DNA from: Psammoneis japonica
Lineage: Eukaryota
Length of the DNA: 64,000 nt
Assembly (NCBI GenBank): GCA_008632985.1
Contig: QPGO01000121.1
Location: 124,001-188,000, forward strand
Reading direction: 5' to 3'
The translations under genes and the position numbers were made by a program. Each line of letters starts with the position of its first letter. Positions within the stretch are counted from its first letter, which is position 1. The notes beneath the pieces were generated by a model. It was not told where the DNA came from. It made no database searches and worked only from the letters and a program-made list of their open reading frames with translations. Below are positions 57,443 through 64,000 of this stretch, piece after piece.

Positions 57443-59212
57443 ATGCTTTTTCGCAACAGCAGAAACAGAAAACCTGCGAATTGTCCGAGGGTGACTCCGG
57501 CAAATGGGAGAAATAATCCACATGCCGTTGTTGACGCACTCCCACAAGAGGAAATCAAGCCAAAACGGGATGGACGGCGCGTATGCTATTTGCTTTCAGG
57601 AGAATCAAGGATGACGCAAAGTGGTATTTCCTCTCGTTCAGTCCTGAAATGGGGAGGGTGTTTAAGCTTTGTAGCCGTAGCCTTTTGTATGCAGTGGAGT
57701 TATATCTCACATCTCACTTTGCATGTGGCGGTGCCCGCCTTCCTTATCGATCGCTATTATGACCGGTGGGTTGAGAAGCATGACAAAGCATTTGTACCAA
57801 GCGAAGAAACAGCATGGAAATCTCATGATAACTTCTCTATCACCTCCGTGCCATCTGTAACGTTGCACGCAGGGATTTCGGGCAGAAAAGGCCTGCTGTC
57901 GCGGCTCTTGCTGTGTCGACCGGAAAAAGGCAACTTCGTATTCAGTGGGAATAGCAGTGGCATCGGTACCCCTGTTGAAGAGTGGACTACGAAACAATGT
58001 CTCAGTGATGATACAAAAACAACGCTGAACAGGCACGTTATGAGTATTGCCAAGCTTATGGCCAATGAGTCGATCTGGGTTGAATGCGCCGAACGCTTCA
58101 ATCAGACCATGTTACGTCTTGATCCTCGCGTGGATCGATTGCCATTGTGGTCTTGTCCATCCTACTCTAATCCGCCATCTTTGCGGCCTGCAGCAAAAGA
58201 AAAAAACAACAACATTCTACTCAAAGTGCCACTAGTAAAGTATGATTCCAACCTTTTCCATACTTTGACCTTGATGTATCCTTGGGGAGGAGGTGTTCCT
58301 GTTTGGTGTGTCTTGTCAGCCGCCGCCAACTTTGCTGACAACGCTGCAAAGAAAAGTAATAAAAGCATCAACTGGCGTCTACAATATAACGCGGATCCAG
58401 GCAGTGAAAGCCACTCTGAATACTTGAAAGAACTATTTGGACTTCTGTCAAACATTGAGAGTGCCTACAGAGATGAAGAGCTCTTCCTTACACCATTCAA
58501 GCTCAACAATCATTGGATGACGCATAAACATTTTTATTCATTGGCTGAGCCATTTTTCTTTCGCCCGAATACAAGAGTCAACAAGTTTCTTGTTGAAACA
58601 GCAGGACGCGTTCGACAAGTCGCTTTTCATGGTTCCAGCAATAATGATACCGTTGCGAAAAGAAACAAGAGCGACAACAGCGAAAGGCCATATGTTTTGC
58701 TCGTACTACGATCATCTGGTGGTGAACGACGTCTAGCGGGGGCGAGAACGGGAACGGCAACCGAAATTGTGCAGGCATTGCTTCATCAATCTTTACCAGT
58801 GCGAATAATTGATCTAAATTATGCACCAGTGGTGGACCAGATTCAATGGTTCGCTAATGCCACGGTTGTCATTGGGATGCATGGTGCCGGTCTCACAAAT
58901 CTTGTGTGGATGCAGACGGGTGGAGCGTCCATGGTGATTGAGGTAGCGGCGAGTTACGGATGGGGACAATACATTGACGAGAAGCAAAATTGCAAACGTA
59001 TGCAGCACGAGCCAACAACGTACAAAAAGGCAGACTATTACAATCTTGCGAGGCGGTTTGGTGTATCGCATCAACTCGTTCATCCAGTGTACGCATCACG
59101 CCCGCCTCCCTTGGCCGAGGCAAATCCCATGACCAAGAGTGTCTACTATGTCAATGCCGACGCACTTGCTGCTACGGCTAACCATGCTTTCAACGCAATC
59201 TTGAGACAATGA
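57443..59212 (+). CDS. Glycosyltransferase family 61 (DUF563) type II membrane protein
   Basis: N-terminal TM segment; NLFH; QIQWFANATVVIGMHGAGLTNLVWM..VIEV; YYNLA. Start could be 57611. Confidence 0.87.
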   Translation: MLFRNSRNRKPANCPRVTPANGRNNPHAVVDALPQEEIKPKRDGRRVCYLLSGESRMTQSGISSRSVLKWGGCLSFVAVAFCMQWSYISHLTLHVAVPAFLIDRYYDRWVEKHDKAFVPSEETAWKSHDNFSITSVPSVTLHAGISGRKGLLSRLLLCRPEKGNFVFSGNSSGIGTPVEEWTTKQCLSDDTKTTLNRHVMSIAKLMANESIWVECAERFNQTMLRLDPRVDRLPLWSCPSYSNPPSLRPAAKEKNNNILLKVPLVKYDSNLFHTLTLMYPWGGGVPVWCVLSAAANFADNAAKKSNKSINWRLQYNADPGSESHSEYLKELFGLLSNIESAYRDEELFLTPFKLNNHWMTHKHFYSLAEPFFFRPNTRVNKFLVETAGRVRQVAFHGSSNNDTVAKRNKSDNSERPYVLLVLRSSGGERRLAGARTGTATEIVQALLHQSLPVRIIDLNYAPVVDQIQWFANATVVIGMHGAGLTNLVWMQTGGASMVIEVAASYGWGQYIDEKQNCKRMQHEPTTYKKADYYNLARRFGVSHQLVHPVYASRPPPLAEANPMTKSVYYVNADALAATANHAFNAILRQ

Positions 59213-59339
59213 GGTTGACCGGGGCGCCACCGATACGTCGCCTCTTGAGTCCGTCAACCGTCTTTGTTGTTAGTGTCACAACCTTCTAATAACATCCATT
59301 TTCAAGACACCGTTTTGGTGGAGTTTTTAGTGTCGCTTA

Positions 59340-60470
59340 AACATCGGCAGCATCTGAATCTTCGTTGATTGGTGTCACCTGTTCTGACGATGCGACCGTC
59401 ACTTGACAAAAAATGAATCACCAGGATCTCACAAGATTTTCAAACCCAGCCATGCCCTCCAAACCTTCGGACAGAGACAATCCTTCTGCACATGGCCAGC
59501 AGGTAGGGTTGTGACCGCAGTTGCAAACGTGAATCCACCGTCAAAACGTGCAGCAGTGTCTGGCATGGGACAAGTCAACTCTTCAATGGACTCTGGACAT
59601 TTGGGAACAATTCCATGGTGGCACTGCTTTTGACAGCCAGAATCATTTGATCTGGCTTTTCCCTCTGGCTCTGCTTTCTTGAACATTGTCTTCATGCAAG
59701 CTTTGATTTTCTTGGACAGATGACCAATGTCCCAACAAGTGGGGTGGAGATGTTTGGAGTTGAGGTCATTGATGATGGTCAACATCACAGCAACAGCAAC
59801 AAAAACTCCAGCCAGCATGTGGCCATGATGACTTTGCCATTCCAGAGTGCCGCACCACAAAGTTGACAACAAAAGCTCTGCAGGTGGGTGCAGTGCACCC
59901 CAGCTGACCATGACCTTCTTCACAACAGCTGTTGCTTCTGATCACTTGTCAGGGCCATGCTGTCACTGGGCCTTTGGACACAGCAGGGTGATTTCAGAAC
60001 AAAGATGGCACCCCTCTTCCCTGCGCAGCCTGCTGCAAGGCCCTGCAGAACATTTGCACACGGAATCTGCACATGATGAATGTGGCACAAAAGCACATGT
60101 GTGGGCCATTGAGCTTTTGGGCCATGTTTTTTTTTTAGAGGCTCTGTCCACTCTTCTCTGTGTTGCAGTGCTCGGCCAGGCAGACGGCGGCTCCAATTTC
60201 TTTTTGACAACCCATCATGTTGTCAGGCTCAATTTGGACACAAGCATCTGTGGCTCAATGCTGACACAAACCATGTGCCCCATTCCATCTGTGCACAGAC
60301 CATCCTTGTTCCCCACACACTGCTTGGCAGGAGATGTGTGTGCCAACACACCTTGAGTGCCTCCGCCCTGGCGAGCCAGCCCCCCGACAGTGGGGTGAGC
60401 AGGAATTGGCAGTTCATTATGTGCTACTGTCGCAGTGGGCTGATTTCTGTCCCAAACTGGCCCTGTGACC
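59340..60470. other. Isolated TpA/CpG-depleted island, probable degenerate mobile-element fragment
   Basis: I see only 2 TA in 59401-60360; broken Cys/His-rich reading frames on the minus strand. Confidence 0.6.
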
Positions 60471-60475
60471 CCATG

Positions 60476-60478
<3 letters not shown>

Positions 60479-60528
<50 letters not shown>
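60479..60528. repeat. (AG)n microsatellite
   Basis: Read directly from the sequence. Confidence 0.95.
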
Positions 60529-60531
<3 letters not shown>

Positions 60532-60696
60532 TGACTGGGGAAGCCAATCGAATGAGTTTTTGGCCATCGCAGTGCGCTCTCTCAGCAGGGCGATTGACAG
60601 GCAGACGGAGCCAGCGGGAAATGCCCGCCCGCCCGCCGCAGGCACGCAATGCACAACGAACAACGATGCCTTGCGGAACAGAGCAAGGGAATTACC

Positions 60697-62454
60697 ATGA
60701 AGCAGAAGGACTCATTCGAGCGTCAGGAAAACGATGCAGATCCTTCTACAAGTATCAGAAGTCCGAGTATACAGAACGCCATGGCAATGACTTGTGGCGA
60801 GCGAAAAGCGCTCGACTCCTCGGGAGCAGCGCACGTTGCGGATGATATGAGGACGTTGGACGCTTTTCTGGAAGAAGCATACGCCACAAAAACTGATTTT
60901 CCGTACCAATATTGGCTCGTTATGCTTTCACTGGGAGTGGCGAATTCTTCTGATGCGTCCGAGATTTTGTGTCTGTCATACATTTTATCAGATTCTGACT
61001 TTGAAGACAACATGCTACGCGATACTCCATGGCGAGCAGGACTGTTGGCCGGGTCTGTCTTTTTGGGGATGCTATTGGGCGGCCTCTTTGTGGGAACAAT
61101 GGGTGACTGGTTTGGTCGGAAACCCATGCTTGTTGTTGGTTTGATTTGCAATGCTGTCGCTGGAATACTATCAGCAGCGGTTTCGAACGTTATTCAATTA
61201 TCCATACTGCGATGTGTCGCTGGACTTGGTATCGGGGCAACCGTCCCTCCTCTCTTTACACTCGTGACGGAGCTTTCGCCGCCAAGTCGTCGTGGCTTCT
61301 TTGTAACTTTCTGTGCTAGCTTTTGGATGGTGGGATCAATATACGTGGCCATTACAGCTCTTGTTTTTCTGGGGCAGTGGGGAACTTCATGGAGAATATT
61401 TGCGGTCGCATGTGCAGTCCCAAGTGCTGTGGGTGCCTTTATGGTCGTAACAACTGTTCCAGAAAGCCCACGGTTTCTAGCTTTGCAAGGGAAACACCAA
61501 GATGCAACGAGGATTGTCAACCACCTCGCGGTACAAATGAGGTACACGGGTCAACCTCTAGAACTTTCAGAGCTGCAACACCATTTTTCGCATTCGGAAG
61601 GAAACAGCGCACCTACGATTCTTACTTCCACACAGTCATGGTCATTACCTTCCACGCGATTGCTCATACGAGAGTCCTTTCAAGATTTCCTCGTGGGTAC
61701 CTCCAAGCTCTACACACCCCAACTCCGCGCCACTACATATCCCCTACAACTCGTATGGTTCTCTTTGAACTTTGGCACTTATGGCATTCTTACATGGGTC
61801 AATACCATATTTGTGGAAGTTCATTTGGAAAATGTCTACTTCAATGCCCTGCTCTTTGCACTTTCGAATCTTCCGGGCAATATTTTGTCGGGTGCGCTCA
61901 TGGATAAGAGTGGACGAACAACCATGCTGGCGGGGAGTTCTTTGTCTGCGGCTGCTTCCCTCCTTGGCTTTGCCTTTTTCGCGTGGGACGCACAGTCCAA
62001 TGGTAAATCACTCAATGCTTTTGGAATCGTGGTTAGTGCCTGTGCGTTTCAGGCATTTAGCATTGCAGCTTGGAACACTATTGATTGCATGACGAGTGAA
62101 CTCTTTCCCACAGCGGTTCGAAGCACGGGTATGGGCGTCTGTGCCGCTTCGGGAAGGATTGGAGCCATGGTGGCTCAGTTTGTCAATGGGGCGCTCGTCA
62201 AGAGCCCTGTGGCTTTGCTCCTTGTGGCAAGCTTGTCGCTCGTCATGAGCGCCATGACGCCATGTCTGTTGCCGGGGGAAGATATGTCGTTGAGACCACT
62301 CGAGGACGATGTTGCAACAACGTATGGAGACGGCTTTGATGGAGCATCTCCAACCTGGAACAAAACACATACGGAAAAGGGAGGAGCGCCGTACCTTCGG
62401 GTCCACAGCCGTGAAATTTCTTACATAGATGTCACAGGGTCCAACGTTATATGA
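60697..62454 (+). CDS. MFS transporter, SV2/SVOP-like
   Basis: GDWFGRKP, ELSPPSRRG, WRIF, PESPRFL, DKSGR, SELFPTAVRSTGMG..GRIGA. Confidence 0.92.
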   Translation: MKQKDSFERQENDADPSTSIRSPSIQNAMAMTCGERKALDSSGAAHVADDMRTLDAFLEEAYATKTDFPYQYWLVMLSLGVANSSDASEILCLSYILSDSDFEDNMLRDTPWRAGLLAGSVFLGMLLGGLFVGTMGDWFGRKPMLVVGLICNAVAGILSAAVSNVIQLSILRCVAGLGIGATVPPLFTLVTELSPPSRRGFFVTFCASFWMVGSIYVAITALVFLGQWGTSWRIFAVACAVPSAVGAFMVVTTVPESPRFLALQGKHQDATRIVNHLAVQMRYTGQPLELSELQHHFSHSEGNSAPTILTSTQSWSLPSTRLLIRESFQDFLVGTSKLYTPQLRATTYPLQLVWFSLNFGTYGILTWVNTIFVEVHLENVYFNALLFALSNLPGNILSGALMDKSGRTTMLAGSSLSAAASLLGFAFFAWDAQSNGKSLNAFGIVVSACAFQAFSIAAWNTIDCMTSELFPTAVRSTGMGVCAASGRIGAMVAQFVNGALVKSPVALLLVASLSLVMSAMTPCLLPGEDMSLRPLEDDVATTYGDGFDGASPTWNKTHTEKGGAPYLRVHSREISYIDVTGSNVI

Positions 62455-62482
62455 CAGGCTTTGTGAATTCAAACAAAAATAT

Positions 62483-63481
62483 CTATAGTTCATCCTCACT
62501 GTCGCTATCTAGCTCATCCATTATATCTCGCTCTGGAAAGTCGCCCACAACAACATGCTTCCCCCTGACAAAGCTTCCATATCCCGGTGTAGCGTCAAAG
62601 TAGCGCTTCTTTCCTCCCGACACAGTCCCATCCGTCTTGCCCACAGGCTCATCAAATATCACCCCAATCCAATACCCACCTCCTCCGATTTCTGCCACCT
62701 CTCCAACAAAGGCAACCATGCCGCGACGCCCACCAGGTTGCACCTCGCATCTCATGCCAACATCCTTTCCATCTACCGTCTCTGGACCGGGTATGTCTGC
62801 CTCGCTCGATTCTTTTTGATCAACCTTACTAGTCACTGGTTCATCGTCCTCTACTCGAACAACCTTACCGGTAGAGTCATAATCAAATCCTTTTGGAAGT
62901 GGCAATCCGAGTTTTGCTTGTCTCTGGGCTTCGACAAGTTCTCGATGCTCTCTCGCGTGTTTGGCTAAAGTAAAGTTTTCATCCTTGGCCTTTTGCTGTC
63001 GTTCCCAGTCTCGGAGTGTACCACGCCGCTTATCGTATTCTTCATCACTCATTCGATACTTCTCAACGAGATTTACATTTTCATACTGTCCATTTCTCGA
63101 CCCAGAATTGGGATCGAGATCAACACAGTGCACTTCCATACCGTGCTGTAGCCCAAAGTAGCCAAGCATCTTGTCGTCATTTTCTGTACCCGGCGGAATT
63201 TCTGCTACAACTACACCCCCTCGTTTGAGTTGCAAATGCTGAAACGCATCCGGAGTCCCCGTTTGCTGATAAATTTTGGTGCGTAAGCGACCAATCGTGT
63301 CGTGCAAATCAAAGCGGATTTCCAAGTGACGCTGCACTAAATTGGAATGCGTCAGATCCAATACCACCGTGTCCTTGTGAAGCGTATCGTACTGCGTTGC
63401 ATCCTTGGCTGTCACATAGGCCTGCAGCATATGCAGGTCCTCGTTGCGGAGGAGGGACGGATGCGGCGTTGCTCCGCTCAT
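62483..63481 (-). CDS. TBCB: Tubulin-folding cofactor B
   Basis: Ubiquitin-like N-terminus, VEKYRMSDEEYDKR, CAP-Gly (WIGVIFDEPVGKTDG), C-terminal DEL. Confidence 0.93.
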   Translation of the reverse strand: MSGATPHPSLLRNEDLHMLQAYVTAKDATQYDTLHKDTVVLDLTHSNLVQRHLEIRFDLHDTIGRLRTKIYQQTGTPDAFQHLQLKRGGVVVAEIPPGTENDDKMLGYFGLQHGMEVHCVDLDPNSGSRNGQYENVNLVEKYRMSDEEYDKRRGTLRDWERQQKAKDENFTLAKHAREHRELVEAQRQAKLGLPLPKGFDYDSTGKVVRVEDDEPVTSKVDQKESSEADIPGPETVDGKDVGMRCEVQPGGRRGMVAFVGEVAEIGGGGYWIGVIFDEPVGKTDGTVSGGKKRYFDATPGYGSFVRGKHVVVGDFPERDIMDELDSDSEDEL

Positions 63482-64000
63482 GGTGTTATTGTGTTGTTTG
63501 TTTGCGATTTTTGTGTGTGGCATTGGGGGAGCGGAGGGAGCAGCGCACTACAGGCGCTTGTGCTTCCGACAGTCAGTCGATTGCGCGCGCGCGCGCTCTA
63601 TCTACGTCGTCGCGAGTCGCGAGCAATGAGCTTGAAGCTGTGATTACCGTAGTACACCTCCCCAAAAAATCGAAGAATCCAAAAACACAGGCTCAAAAAG
63701 GCCTTCGCAGAGCAAGCAATGAGGCCGCTGTGATAGTGAGCAAAAAAGCAATGAGCGACGATGAGCTTTGTATGGATACAATACAGTAAACATGGCCAGC
63801 ATCAGCGAGATCTCTAGTCGATTCTTGACGTTCCTGAAACGATATGTACACCGAAGCCCAACAAAAATCAAATCCTCTTCTGAGTCAATCTCAAGGAACT
63901 CCCACGGGCATGGACGTCCCGAAAGAAGGCATGGAAGAAAGAAACGATCCCAATATCATGTACCCATGGCTCTTGTCAATCGGGACAAGCAAATAACAGC

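Noticed and set aside
63583..63596. (GC)7 run upstream of TBCB, possible Z-DNA
   Set aside because: It is short and has no supporting evidence of function.
63750..64000. Gene start at the window end
   Set aside because: The reading frame is ambiguous and there is no recognisable motif.

Overview
Gene-dense eukaryotic DNA, most likely a diatom (inferred from compact genes, short introns and CoDi-like Copia relics). Positions 1-34.1 kb and 57.4-64 kb hold housekeeping genes (asnA, a TruA-family synthase, NOC4, WDR74/NSA1, DCP1, NSF, a histidine phosphatase, GT61, an MFS transporter, TBCB). Among them sit defence- or effector-like genes: LRR-ROC-COR-TIR, a Crinkler-type REase+kinase, GRF-PARP-GRF and RING-TRAF. 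Two of these lie between direct duplications of neighbouring host sequence. About 34.5-57.1 kb is a nested transposon block (PIF/Harbinger plus three Ty1/Copia relics), with a second small island at about 59.3-60.5 kb. The main observation is that these blocks have lost almost all TpA dinucleotides. Conserved Tyr codons read His or Cys, so TpA became CpA or TpG on both strands. This also holds in the Harbinger element, where CpG is still common. It suggests a repeat-targeted TpA hypermutation running opposite to fungal RIP and separate from 5mC deamination. Several single-base frameshifts in conserved genes are probably assembly errors.
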